Notes: generated by a model not told the origin, from the sequence alone. A stretch of 64,000 nucleotides of DNA from Deltaproteobacteria bacterium (GCA_032128375.1 JAQBGU010000246.1:1-64000), one strand, 5' to 3'. Numbered from the stretch's first letter, positions 21,180 through 31,515 are shown. Numbers and translations are program-made.

Positions 21180-22376
21180 ATGGCTCGCGAAGCCGTCATC
21201 GTCGATAGCGTTCGTACCGGACTCACCAAAGCCCACAAGGGCTCTTTCAACAACACCGAGCCCGTCGACTACACGGCGCATGTGTTGCGCGAAGTGGTAG
21301 CGCGGCAAAAGGGACTCGACGCGGCTGAGGTCGAGGACGTAATCCTGGGTGTGGGTATGCCCGAGGGTTGCCAGGGTATGAACATGGGGCGCATCGCGGC
21401 CATGGCTGCGGGCTTCCCGAAGAGTGTTGCGGCGACGACGGTCAATCGGTTCTGCTCATCGGGCTCGCAGGCCATCATGATGGCCGCGCATTCGATCCTG
21501 ACCGAGGGCGCGGAAGTCGCGATCGGAGCGGGCGTCGAGACCATCACGATGATGCAGGACGGCACCCAGAACACCCACCGGCTCGCGAATCAGACAGCGG
21601 CCAAGCGATTTCCCGGCCTGTATTTCCCGATGGGCGTCACCGCCGAGGTCGTCGCCGAGCGATACAAAATTTCGCGCGAAGACCAGGATGCGATCTCGCT
21701 GCTCAGCCAGCAGCGTTATGCGGCAGCCGTTGAGTCCGGACGGGTTGCCGAAGATATCGTCCCGATGAAGGTGACCCGGAAAGTCATGAACAAGGGCGAG
21801 GAGCCCTACGATGAGGACTTCACCGTCGATGCCGATGAGTGTAACCGGCCTGGCACCACCCTCGAAGCGCTCGCATCGCTGAAGCCCGTATTCAAGACGG
21901 CAGAAGAGGGCGGTACCGTCACCGCGGGCAATGCGTCACAGCTGTCCGACGGTGCATCGGCGACGCTGTTGATGAGTTCCGACAAGGCGAAAGCGCTCGG
22001 CATCGAGCCGCTCGGCATCTACCGCGGAACCGCCGTTGCGGGTTGTGGCCCGGAGGAGATGGGTATCGGTCCGGTATTCGCCGTGCCGAAGTTGCTCCAG
22101 CGTCACGGGTTGACGATGGACGATATCGACATCGTCGAGCTGAACGAGGCGTTCGCATCGCAATTGCTCTACTGCAAGCGTGAACTCGGAATTCCGGACG
22201 AGAAGCTGAACCCGATGGGCGGGTCGATCTCGATCGGGCACCCGTTTGGAATGACGGGTTCGCGGTTGACTGGCCAACTGCTGCGCGAATTGAAGCGGCA
22301 GAACAAGCGATACGGGATCGTGACGATGTGCATCGGAGGGGGGCAAGGCCTCGCGTCGCTGTTCGAGGTCGTCTGA
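21180..22376 (+). CDS. Acetyl-CoA C-acyltransferase (thiolase)
   Basis: NRFCSSG, ELNEAFA, GHPFGMTG, CIGGGQG. Confidence 0.95.
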   Translation: MAREAVIVDSVRTGLTKAHKGSFNNTEPVDYTAHVLREVVARQKGLDAAEVEDVILGVGMPEGCQGMNMGRIAAMAAGFPKSVAATTVNRFCSSGSQAIMMAAHSILTEGAEVAIGAGVETITMMQDGTQNTHRLANQTAAKRFPGLYFPMGVTAEVVAERYKISREDQDAISLLSQQRYAAAVESGRVAEDIVPMKVTRKVMNKGEEPYDEDFTVDADECNRPGTTLEALASLKPVFKTAEEGGTVTAGNASQLSDGASATLLMSSDKAKALGIEPLGIYRGTAVAGCGPEEMGIGPVFAVPKLLQRHGLTMDDIDIVELNEAFASQLLYCKRELGIPDEKLNPMGGSISIGHPFGMTGSRLTGQLLRELKRQNKRYGIVTMCIGGGQGLASLFEVV

Positions 22377-22423
22377 AATGGTGTGTCTGAAATCGTGTGG
22401 AAGAAGAAGAGGTCTGGTCCCAG

Positions 22424-23344
22424 ATGACCACGAGTGACGGGATAGCTGATTCGAAAACGACGCACCGAACATTCGTGAGCTACATCGACCGAACCCGCGA
22501 GTTCTATGCGGCCCAGGGCTACGACACGCCGTACCGCTGGGCGCGAAACTCGGAGGTACCGTTTGCGAAATTGACCAAGCCACTATCTGCGTGCCGCGTG
22601 ACGCTCGTGACGACCGCCAGTCAATCGACTACGGCGCGCGCAAACGACGGCGTGCTGCGCGGTGCGAAGGAAGTCTGGTCTGGATCGACTGCCGAGCCGC
22701 CGGAGCGTCTATACACCGACGACCTGGCCTGGGACAAGCAAGCCACACACACCGATGATGTCGAGTCGTTTCTTCCGATCGAACGCCTGCGCGCGCATGT
22801 GGCTGCGGGTCGGGTCGGTGGCCTCACGGCTCGCTTTCACGGTGTGCCGACCGACTACAGCCAGCGGCGCACGATCGAAGTAGACGCACCTGAAATTCTG
22901 AGGCGCTGCCGAGAGGATGAAGCGGACGTCGCGCTGCTCGTCCCGCTCTGACCGGTGTGTCACCAGACCGTGAGTCTGGTCGCACGACACCTCGAGCAGA
23001 ACGGGATCCCGACTGTCGTGATCGGTTCTGCGCGGGACATCGTCGAAGAATGCGGCGTCGCCCGGTTCTTGTTCAGCGACTTTCCACTCGGAAACCCGTG
23101 CGGGAGGCCGTACGACGTCCCGATGCAAAGCGAAATCACCGGCTGCGCGCTCGACTTGCTGCAGGCTGCAACGATGGCGCGGACGTCCGTGCAAACCGCG
23201 TACGTGTGGGACGAGGACGCGTCTTGGAAGGACCGCTACGCGCGCGTCGACCCGGTCAGCGCAGCGAAACTGACGGCCGCCGGGGACGCGCGCCGCGCGC
23301 GCCAACGCGACGCGAAACAGCAGGGGCGGGCTCGCACGAGCTGA
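22424..23344 (+). CDS. Glycine/sarcosine/D-proline reductase selenoprotein B family (PrdB/GrdB-like), Sec at TGA 22949-22951
   Basis: ORFs 22397-22951 and 22955-23344 share a frame; read-through gives DVALLVPL-U-PVCHQTVSLVARHLEQNGIPTV (UxxC); PFAKLTKPLSACRVTLVTTA and FSDFPLGNPCG motifs; hairpin directly after the TGA. Confidence 0.85.
22954..22991 (+). promoter_or_regulatory. Candidate bacterial SECIS element
   Basis: Upper stem ACCAGAC/GTCTGGT with loop CGTGA (22969-22973); lower stem GGTGT/ACACC; 17 nt between TGA and loop. Confidence 0.75.
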
Positions 23345-23412
23345 CTCTCTCAGAAGCTGCATCCGGTGTGGCATCGTGAGCCGAGGCAATCCGAGTGGAA
23401 GTCGATCGGCAG

Positions 23413-24201
23413 CTAGATCGAGCGCTGAGCTCGAGCTTCCACGTCGTGCGAAATCGCTGTCAGTATCTCGCAGCCGGTGTTGGTGACCCACAGTGTGTGC
23501 TCGAATTGTGCGCTGAGGCTGCCGTCTTCGGTTTCGATCGTCCAGCCGTCTGGCAGGAACACGATCTCGGGGCCGCCCAGATTGATCATGGGCTCGATGG
23601 TGAAGACCATTCCCGCACGCAATCGGGCCCCCGTGCCGGCGAGTCCGTAGTGGGGGATGTGTGGCTCCATGTGCATCTGGCGGCCGATCCCGTGCCCGCC
23701 GACGCCGCGAACGACCGAGCAACCCTCGGCGTGCGCGAGTTCGGAAATCGCGGCACCGATATCCCCGATTCTCGATCCGTCGCGCACGGTCGAGATGCCG
23801 ACGGCCAGGCAGCGACGCGCCACGTCGACGACGTGCTTCGCTTCGCTCGACACTTCCCCGATGAGAAACGTCGCGGATGTGTCGCCGTGGAAGCCGGAGA
23901 TTTCGGTCGTGACGTCGACGTTGATGATGTCGCCGGCGGCGAGCTTTGTATGTGGGCTGGGAATGCCGTGACATACGACTGAATTGGGGCTCGTGCACAC
24001 GGCCGCGGGAAATCCGTCGTAGCCCAATTGGCTGGGGATGCCACCACGAGCCTGGGTATCGCGCCTGACCAACGCATCGATATCGGATGTGCTCATACCG
24101 GCCTTCAACTGCTCACCGACGCATCGAAGCGTCATTGCGGCAGTTCGGCCCGCGTGGCGCAGCGCGCCGGCGTGTCGGGATCCGTAGAGTTCGATGGGCA
24201 T
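23413..24201 (-). CDS. map: Type I methionine aminopeptidase
   Basis: VVCHGIP, NVDVT, GDTSATF, GHGIGRQMHMEP, TIEPMIN, SAQFEHT. Confidence 0.95.
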   Translation of the reverse strand: MPIELYGSRHAGALRHAGRTAAMTLRCVGEQLKAGMSTSDIDALVRRDTQARGGIPSQLGYDGFPAAVCTSPNSVVCHGIPSPHTKLAAGDIINVDVTTEISGFHGDTSATFLIGEVSSEAKHVVDVARRCLAVGISTVRDGSRIGDIGAAISELAHAEGCSVVRGVGGHGIGRQMHMEPHIPHYGLAGTGARLRAGMVFTIEPMINLGGPEIVFLPDGWTIETEDGSLSAQFEHTLWVTNTGCEILTAISHDVEARAQRSI

Positions 24202-24228
24202 CGCCTTGGGTTCACGCGTCCGTGCCCG

Positions 24229-26349
24229 CTATCGCGAGCGCGTAATCTCGTCGGCCAGGGCGTTCAGATCCGCGTCGCGCGGGGCCCATTCCAAGGCTCG
24301 CGTCAATCGGGCCTCCGCCAGATCCGGAAACCCCGCAGCCGCTTGTGCGCGAACGAGTCGGCCGATGGCTTCGACGCTGCCTTCGTCGACACCCGCCAGC
24401 AATTTTTCCGCTTGTGCGCTCCGTCCCTGTTCGTAATACAACGCCGCGAGACGCAAGGCGGCATCGGCGCTGGGAGCAGTCGACTCGAGAACCAGGCGGT
24501 ATTCAGCGATGGCTGCTTCGGGCCGACCCTCTGCTTCGGCAAGGCGGCCGAGGGCTACCCGTGAAGAGGCATCGCTCCCGTCGACGCGAGCGGCCTCCCG
24601 ATAGGCGCGCGCAGCCTCGGGTTGCCTACCGAGCCACTCGAGTGCGCGGCCCAGCGCAAGGTAGCCGGCGGCGTCATCGGGTTGTGAGTCGATCATGATT
24701 CGCGCGTTGCGCTCGGCTTCCGCGCCGTCACCGAGTTCCAGCGCGATTTCAGAGCGGGCTAGTGCCACCCAACCGCCGGCCTCTGGCTCGCTGGCCAGGA
24801 TTTCTCTTGCGCGTTCGGGGTGACCCTGCGCGAGCTCATTGCGGGCTTCGAGTAGGCGCACGAATCCACCGATCGCGTCCTTTGGATCCTGGCCTCCGAC
24901 CCATCCGATCGGTTTCGGGGCATTCCCCAGGTTACCGACCACGTACCCGAGGCTCTCGAGCAACGCGGTCTGTTCCGACGAAGTGATTTCTTCTGGTTCA
25001 ATCGGTCTTGCGTCGCTCAGCAGTCCCGCGAGTACCTGGTCCATCTCATTTACGGTCTCTGCGCTCGTGGACGAGATGTCTTCGAGTTCGTCCGGGTCGG
25101 CGGCCAAGTCGTACAACTCGGGTCGGACGGTACGCAGGTATTTGTAGCGATCGGTGCGCAAGCCGAGTACCGGGCTCCACCCATACCCGCGATAGGTTTC
25201 GAGTGTTTCGACGTAGGCCACAAGCGGGTCGCGCCGCTCTCCGCGAATCCACGGCATCAGGCTCACGCCGGCGCTTTCCGGAAGTGCTGGGAGGCCGGCG
25301 TGCTCGAGGATCGTCGGGGCGATATCGATCAGCCGGACCGGTGATTCGACCACCCGACCGGCTGGAAGCCCGGCTCCGCGCATCAGCAACGGAACCTTCT
25401 GCGTCGCGTCGTACACGGTGAGCGAATGGGTGACCTCGCCGTGCTCTGCGAGGCTCTCGCCGTGATCGCTGGTGACTACAACCAGCGTCTCGTCATCGGC
25501 GTAGCGATTGTCGACGACCCGGAGAAGTCGACCGAGTTCTGTGTCGGCGAAATAGATCTCGCCCGCGTAGAGCGGTGGGAACATTACGCGCGCCATTTCG
25601 AGAACACCGGTGCGATCCGGGTGCTCGAGTTTCGGCTGCTTTTTCGGTCGGAACCCGCGTGGCGGATCGTAGTTACCGTGCGGATCGTAGAAATGGACCC
25701 ACAGGAAGAAGCTGTCGGGCGCCGTGTCGAGCCACGCGACCACGGCGTCGACCATCTGGGTGGCCGTTCTCTCGGCGTACGACCCGGTCTTCCCACGGAT
25801 GTTGCGTCGGTAGCCCATCTGGTCGTCGTAGTGGTCGAATCCGCGAGCGAGGCCGTAGCGGTGATCGAGGACCACGGCTGCGACGAAACCGGCCGTCGTG
25901 TAGTTGGCGTGCTGGAATTGCTCGGCCAGCGTGGGGATCGAATCCGGTAGCCGAAATTTCCCGTTCGCGTGAACGCCGTGCGCTGGTGGATCCAGCGCGG
26001 TCATCAGCGACGCGTGTGAGGGCATCGTGAGAGGTGCGGGCGATATCGCGGTCGCGAAACGGACTCCCTCGCGCGCAATCCGGTCGAGCGTCGGCGTTTT
26101 GACATGCGCAGCCCCATAACTGCCGACATAATCGGCCCGAAGTGTATCGATCGTCACCAATAGGATGCGTTTCGGGGATCTCAGGGCCACGATGGGGACG
26201 ACGGGGGCAGGCGAATTGGCCTCGGGAGTTACGGAAGCGGGCGCTCGAGAGCCCGCGCACGCTGTCAGCCAGAGCGCACACCCGACCCCTGCGATTGCCC
26301 ATCGCAAACGCTCGTGCGTGTAGAACCCACAGCGCCGCCGAATTCGCAT
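24229..26349 (-). CDS. Sulfatase-like (alkaline phosphatase superfamily) lipoprotein with C-terminal TPRs
   Basis: LLVTIDTLRAD, LTMPSHASLMT, HFYDPH, TSDHGE, ELYDLAADPDE; LTAC lipobox-like; start uncertain. Confidence 0.85.
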   Translation of the reverse strand: MRIRRRCGFYTHERLRWAIAGVGCALWLTACAGSRAPASVTPEANSPAPVVPIVALRSPKRILLVTIDTLRADYVGSYGAAHVKTPTLDRIAREGVRFATAISPAPLTMPSHASLMTALDPPAHGVHANGKFRLPDSIPTLAEQFQHANYTTAGFVAAVVLDHRYGLARGFDHYDDQMGYRRNIRGKTGSYAERTATQMVDAVVAWLDTAPDSFFLWVHFYDPHGNYDPPRGFRPKKQPKLEHPDRTGVLEMARVMFPPLYAGEIYFADTELGRLLRVVDNRYADDETLVVVTSDHGESLAEHGEVTHSLTVYDATQKVPLLMRGAGLPAGRVVESPVRLIDIAPTILEHAGLPALPESAGVSLMPWIRGERRDPLVAYVETLETYRGYGWSPVLGLRTDRYKYLRTVRPELYDLAADPDELEDISSTSAETVNEMDQVLAGLLSDARPIEPEEITSSEQTALLESLGYVVGNLGNAPKPIGWVGGQDPKDAIGGFVRLLEARNELAQGHPERAREILASEPEAGGWVALARSEIALELGDGAEAERNARIMIDSQPDDAAGYLALGRALEWLGRQPEAARAYREAARVDGSDASSRVALGRLAEAEGRPEAAIAEYRLVLESTAPSADAALRLAALYYEQGRSAQAEKLLAGVDEGSVEAIGRLVRAQAAAGFPDLAEARLTRALEWAPRDADLNALADEITRSR

Positions 26350-26392
26350 CACGTACGACAGCCCGGTTCCACGACAGCCCTGCGAGATCGAC

Positions 26393-26667
26393 TCAGACGT
26401 CTGCTGCAATCCAGCTTCCGTGGAACCCGAACGGCACGCGCGCCGGAATCTGGACCCGCGCCGCTGGCGGCTGGTCGAAATTCGCCGCGTCGATGATCAC
26501 CAGGTCCATGAACCAGTGAACCGGTTCGATCCATTGCGAAAGAACAACCCGTTGAGTTCAGGCGGGATCGCGCCGCTGACTTCGAGATCGAATTCGGTCA
26601 ACTCTTCGAAAACGGGTGCGAAATTTCCGTTGAGGTGAAACGGGAGGGACGGTGTGGCCTGGCGCAT
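26393..26667 (-). pseudogene. Internally deleted carotenoid oxygenase (RPE65/CCD family) remnant
   Basis: AGGAG and ATG 26667, PFHLNGNFAPVFEE...GAIPPELNGLFFRNGSN; frameshift; HWF joined directly to DLVIIDAANFDQPPAARVQIPARVPFGFHGSW and stop. Confidence 0.88.
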
Positions 26668-26690
26668 GCTGGCACTCCTGCGGGGCGATC

Positions 26691-26740
26691 GACGACTTCC
26701 GACGGCTTTCGACGGCTTCTGACGGCTTCTGACGACTTCG
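26691..26740. repeat. 5 x 10-bp tandem array (GACGGCTTCT-like)
   Basis: gacgacttcc gacggctttc gacggcttct gacggcttct gacgacttcg. Confidence 0.88.
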
Positions 26741-26921
26741 ATTCGACCTCGGTCCGGGGAAGATAGATCAATTCAATCACCGAATCGCGAATCAAGGAAG
26801 AATTCATACGCGTCGCGTTCGACTCCGCACGAGCGGGAAGCGTTCCCGGTTGGGGCGTGTTAGACCACCGATCCACTGCCTTCCTATGCTGGACTTGCGC
26901 CGCCCCCCCCGAGGAGCCCTC

Positions 26922-28064
26922 ATGACGAACCCCTATCTCGAAGCAGCGCGCGGACTGCGCGCTCGGATCGATGCCAATGCAGTCAAAGCCGGAAACGAGT
27001 TTGTTCCGCTCGATACGATCGAAGCGATGCAATCCGAGGGGCTATTCGGCGTGATGACCCCGAATGCCGTGGGCGGTGCGGAACTCCCGATCGCAGATGT
27101 GCTCGATGTGTTTACCGAGTTGGCTCGCGCGGATGGTTCGGCTGGCTGGTGTCTGATGGCGGCTGCGTCGGACGTGGCTTACTTCGGTTCATACTGCCCA
27201 GATTCGTTTGTCGACCGCTTGTTCGCAGATGGGATCCCGCTGTGTGCGGGTCAGTTTGCGCCCAACGGCAGCGCCGTTCGCGACGGAAACGGCTATCGAA
27301 TTACCGGCAACTATTCATTCGGCAGCGGGATCCACTACGCGAACTGGGTGGGTTCGGGGTTCATCGTGCCGCCGGAAGAGGGCTCTGACGCGCCGGCCCA
27401 GTACCTTTTCGCGCTCGTTCCGAAAGAGCATGTGGAGCTGCGCGGAAACTGGAACGTGCTCGGTCTGCAGAGCACTGCCAGCCTCGACTACAAGATGGAC
27501 GCTGTGTTTGCGCCGAAGGACGCAACGTTCTTGTTTGCGGCACCGACGCGCTACCGCGGCGGGCCGATCTACGAATTGGGCGTCATTTCGCTGACCGCGA
27601 TCGGACACGCTGGTTTCGCGATGGGTGTCACCCGGCGCGCGCTCGACGAGCTCTGTTCGATTGCAACAACGAAGGTGCGGATGGGGGCGGCAGACTTTCT
27701 GAAGGACAACGAACGCTTCCTACACGCACTCGCAGTGTTGGAGAGTCGTTTCCGCGCCGCGTGCGCGTGGGTCTACGAAGCGTTCGACGAACTCGAACGG
27801 GTCGCGATCGACACGGAAAAATTCGATGCGAAAACCAGCGTGCAGGTACGACAGGCGACGGTCTTCGTCACGCAGGAGGGCGCTGACATCTGTCGCGAAG
27901 CCTATCTCCTGGCAGGAACGACCGCGTTGCGCGATGGCGCGCTGCAGCGCTGTTTCCGCGACATTCACGCCGGCAGCCAACACTTCTTCGCCAGCCCGGC
28001 GTCGACGCTCGAATTCGGTCGCGGTCTGATGGCCGAGGCCGCCGATGCTGCAATCGATCGCTGA
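26922..28064 (+). CDS. Acyl-CoA dehydrogenase-fold flavin-dependent hydroxylase (HsaA-like)
   Basis: ELARADGSAGW, FGSGIHYANW, WNVLGLQSTAS, LQRCFRDIHAGSQH; GAGGAG RBS. Confidence 0.85.
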   Translation: MTNPYLEAARGLRARIDANAVKAGNEFVPLDTIEAMQSEGLFGVMTPNAVGGAELPIADVLDVFTELARADGSAGWCLMAAASDVAYFGSYCPDSFVDRLFADGIPLCAGQFAPNGSAVRDGNGYRITGNYSFGSGIHYANWVGSGFIVPPEEGSDAPAQYLFALVPKEHVELRGNWNVLGLQSTASLDYKMDAVFAPKDATFLFAAPTRYRGGPIYELGVISLTAIGHAGFAMGVTRRALDELCSIATTKVRMGAADFLKDNERFLHALAVLESRFRAACAWVYEAFDELERVAIDTEKFDAKTSVQVRQATVFVTQEGADICREAYLLAGTTALRDGALQRCFRDIHAGSQHFFASPASTLEFGRGLMAEAADAAIDR

Positions 28065-28080
28065 ACGGCGATAGCGTTCG

Positions 28081-30297
28081 TCAGTCGGTCATCCACTCCA
28101 CGGGCACGCACGCATACTGGCCAACAAAACTGGCGACGCTCTCGAGCAGCGTGGGTTCGTGCAGCGCGCGTGACACCACATAGGTGTGGATGGCTTCGGC
28201 TCCGTCTGCATCGAGTACGTCCGCGAAACTCGCCATGCCCTGGTTCGCGCGGGTTCCGCCGAGCACGATCGCGTTCCAATCCCGGTGGACCTGCGCGTCG
28301 ACGGTCTTGAGGTCCGGGATGAGCGTCGAGTTTCGCGTCGCCATGCCGTGGCAGTGCGCGCAATGGCGACTGTACAACTCTCGCCCGTGCTCGATCCTCG
28401 GCGGCGAGAGCTCCATCCTGGGCGCTTGGACGACCCGTTCGGCTTTTTTGCGTACGGCGGGCATCGGTGCCTTGCCGCCCAGTTTCCAGGCGAGGATGCG
28501 GCCGTCGTTTACGTAATCGACCTTCTGCCGGTGGATCCCGTCGCCGCCCCCGACACCCGCGAGCACTGCCACGTACTGCTCGCCATCGATCGCATAGCTG
28601 ATCGGTGCCGCGATGATTCCGATTCCGACGCGGGATTCCCAGAGTTGGGTGCCATCACGGGCGTCGTACGCGCGGAAAAAGCCGGTGCCGTCGCCCTGGA
28701 ACAGCAGATCGCCCGCGGTTGCGAGCAGCCCGCCCGGAACCTCAGTATCGCGATCGACTCGCCATGCGGCCTGCTTGCGAACCGGGTCCCACGCCGTGAT
28801 GTCGGTCGGGGAGCACACCCGGCCGGCGTCGATGAAGCCCTCGACGCCCCTCGTCACCTCCGCCCAATCCTCGCCGGTATTGAACGTGTGCGGCTTCATT
28901 TCGAAATCTGGATCCGGGGTGTAGGGAAAGGCGAACCGGCGAGTGGGGATGTAGACCCATCCGGTGCGCGGGCTGAATGCCATTGGATGCCAGTTGTGGC
29001 CGCCAGCCGGGTCTGGCGCAACGATCGCTCTGCGCTTCGACCAGCTGGCTTCGGGACGCTCGATAGGCCGGCCCGTCGTGAGATCCACGTGAGTCGCCCA
29101 ACTGATGTAGGTGTACTGATCGGCCGAGAGCAGCTCACCGGTTGCGCGATCGAGTACGTAGAAGAACCCGTTCTTGGGCGCTTGCATCAGGACTTTGCGC
29201 ACGCGGCCGCCGATCTCGAGATCAGCGAGGATCATATGCTGCACGGCTGTGTAGTCCCAGTGTTCACCGGGTGTTGTCTGATAGTGCCAGACCAATTCGC
29301 CGGTTTCCGGACGTACGGCCAGAATCGAAGCCAGAAACAGGTTGTCGCCGCCGCCCGGGCTGCGAACTTCTCGGTTATACACCGAGCTGTTTCCTACGCC
29401 GACGTACAACAGGTCGAGTCCCGGATCGTACGCCATCGAATCCCAGACGGTTCCGCCGAGCCCCGACTCCCACATCGAATCGCTCGACCAGGTGGCCGCG
29501 GCCTGCTCGACTTCCGGGTGTTCGAAGGGACCGTCGTGGTTCGCCGGGACCGTGAAGAAGCGCCAGAGCAATTCGCCGGTCGCAGCGTCGTAAGCGCTGA
29601 AATAGCCGCGGACTCCGTACTCCGCGCCACCGTTTCCGATGATTACGCGGCCCTTCACGATGCGCGGCGCGCCGGTGATCGTGTAGGCCTGCTTGGGGTC
29701 GACCGTCAGAACGTCCCAAACGGTCTTTCCGGTGGCCGCATCGAGGGCGACCAACCGACCGTCGATCGTCCCGAAATAGACGCGTCCCTTCCAGACTGCG
29801 ACACCCCGATTCACCACATCGCAGCACGCATCGCGACCCTTGGCTTTCGGGACCTCGGGATCGAAGTTCCACAGCTCGCGGCCGGTCTTCGCGTCGAGTG
29901 CATACACGACGCTCCAGCTGCCCGTTGCGTACATCACGCCATCGACGACGATCGGCGTGGCTTCCAGACCGCGGCGTGTCCCGGTCATGTACGACCAGGC
30001 GAGACCGAGTTGGGAGACGCTCTCGGTGTCGACCGCAGTGAGCGGACTGAAGCGTTGTTCGTCGTAGGTGCGGCCGTGGGCGAGCCAGCTACCCGGCTCG
30101 GAATCGGCGGCGATGATGCGTGCGGCGTCGACGTTGCCGGCTGTACCTTCGCTAGCCGGCTCGGCCGCGGCCGCGGCTGAAAACCCTGCGCAGAGCAATG
30201 CGCTGGCAGCGACTTGCATCGACGCGCGCTCGAACGCCCCATATCGTCTGGCAAACATCATCGCCCCCATCGCGATCGAGCCGGGGGGATACCGCAT
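28081..30297 (-). CDS. PQQ-dependent quinohemoprotein alcohol dehydrogenase (type II)
   Basis: ACCDVVNRG vicinal Cys, GNGGAEYGVRG, WDYTAVQ, C-terminal CAHCH; true start probably slightly downstream of 30297. Confidence 0.92.
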   Translation of the reverse strand: MRYPPGSIAMGAMMFARRYGAFERASMQVAASALLCAGFSAAAAAEPASEGTAGNVDAARIIAADSEPGSWLAHGRTYDEQRFSPLTAVDTESVSQLGLAWSYMTGTRRGLEATPIVVDGVMYATGSWSVVYALDAKTGRELWNFDPEVPKAKGRDACCDVVNRGVAVWKGRVYFGTIDGRLVALDAATGKTVWDVLTVDPKQAYTITGAPRIVKGRVIIGNGGAEYGVRGYFSAYDAATGELLWRFFTVPANHDGPFEHPEVEQAAATWSSDSMWESGLGGTVWDSMAYDPGLDLLYVGVGNSSVYNREVRSPGGGDNLFLASILAVRPETGELVWHYQTTPGEHWDYTAVQHMILADLEIGGRVRKVLMQAPKNGFFYVLDRATGELLSADQYTYISWATHVDLTTGRPIERPEASWSKRRAIVAPDPAGGHNWHPMAFSPRTGWVYIPTRRFAFPYTPDPDFEMKPHTFNTGEDWAEVTRGVEGFIDAGRVCSPTDITAWDPVRKQAAWRVDRDTEVPGGLLATAGDLLFQGDGTGFFRAYDARDGTQLWESRVGIGIIAAPISYAIDGEQYVAVLAGVGGGDGIHRQKVDYVNDGRILAWKLGGKAPMPAVRKKAERVVQAPRMELSPPRIEHGRELYSRHCAHCHGMATRNSTLIPDLKTVDAQVHRDWNAIVLGGTRANQGMASFADVLDADGAEAIHTYVVSRALHEPTLLESVASFVGQYACVPVEWMTD

Positions 30298-30394
30298 TTC
30301 CGAACAGGAAGCCGGCGCGGCCGATGGTCAATCGGCACGGTCGATGGTTTTTCGGCTCGAAAACGGCATCCTGATGCGAAATGCAAGCCGGCAT

Positions 30395-31279
30395 CTATTC
30401 GAACAGCGAATGACCGTCGATATAGCCGAGTTCCACCAGTTCGGTGCGCGGCGCGACGCGACTCAATTCGTCGCGAATCGGCTTGATCTCGGTCGGTACC
30501 GAAAAGCCCGGTAGCCAATCGTCGTGATGACCCAGAATGATCTTTCGCGTTCGCACCAGGTCTGCTTCGCGTCCGACGAATTGTGCGAGAGAGCCTTGAA
30601 TCGGTTGGCCATCGATGTTGCCGCGGCCGGCGGCGGCCAGGATTGCCACGTCGGGTCGCAGGTCGCGCAAGATGCCGCTCCAGTGGCCGGATGTGTCCTG
30701 ATACAACAACGAGCCTTCGGGGGTCTCGAATTGGAACACGAGCGCGCCACCATCGCCACGGGCTCCCTGCCCGCTGTCGCGCAGGTGACCGAGCGTGTCA
30801 GGGCTGAGTGCCGAAATCCATCGCGCAACATCGGCCATTCGACCCCGCTGTTCCTGGTAGGTGACGCCGAGGTCGCCGATGCACACGTCCCCAGATTGGC
30901 TCGCGCCGGTCATCGACCACACACACGAGTGCTGGCTCGGAAAGACCGTGACGCTGACATCGTCTGATAACCGGACGCATTCCCCGCCGGCGACCGGCAA
31001 CAGCTGTTCTTCGGGTACGCCTTCTGCCTCCATGATTCGGATCGTTTCGTAGGAGCCGATGATCGTCGCACCAGTGCGCTTGGCGATCCGCTCGGCGCCC
31101 CAGAGGTGGTCGAAGTGGGAATGCCCCACGACGATCCAGTCGCATGCGTCGATGTCCTCTGCGGTCAGACCCGTACCCGCGGCGCCTGGAATTCGGTCGA
31201 TGTAGGCGTCGAGGAACACCGTGATGCCCGCGACCCGCAACCGAAATGTCGCACAACCGTACCAGTCGAGTGTCGCCAT
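30395..31279 (-). CDS. MBL-fold metallo-hydrolase (UlaG-like)
   Basis: GHSHFDHL, HSC, GHHDD. Confidence 0.88.
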   Translation of the reverse strand: MATLDWYGCATFRLRVAGITVFLDAYIDRIPGAAGTGLTAEDIDACDWIVVGHSHFDHLWGAERIAKRTGATIIGSYETIRIMEAEGVPEEQLLPVAGGECVRLSDDVSVTVFPSQHSCVWSMTGASQSGDVCIGDLGVTYQEQRGRMADVARWISALSPDTLGHLRDSGQGARGDGGALVFQFETPEGSLLYQDTSGHWSGILRDLRPDVAILAAAGRGNIDGQPIQGSLAQFVGREADLVRTRKIILGHHDDWLPGFSVPTEIKPIRDELSRVAPRTELVELGYIDGHSLFE

Positions 31280-31515
31280 CCGATCGCTCTCGCATCTGTT
31301 GTGTTGCTGTGGTGTGGCTCAGTTCAGTCGCAATAGCCAGTAGCTGAGCCAGCCGCTCTTGGCTCGAACGATGTTAGCCGAAGACCTGACCCGTGTGATC
31401 GATGCCGAAACGATTCTGGCAGTAGAAGTGGTTTGGTGCGAGCATCGGGCGACAGACTGACCCGCTGGGCGGAGCAACGGGTTGCGCAGGAGGGTGTCGA
31501 CAAAGATGAATAAAG

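Noticed and set aside
28186..30180. Long antisense ORFs (e.g. 28186-30180, 15581-16864, 31324-32463, 56239-57309)
   Set aside because: They are shadow frames of well-supported genes, expected in high-GC DNA, and show no motifs.
28081..30297. Lanthanide-dependent (XoxF/PedH-type) dehydrogenase
   Set aside because: The motif reads WDYT, lacking the extra Asp (D-x-D) of lanthanide enzymes; it fits a Ca-type quinohemoprotein.
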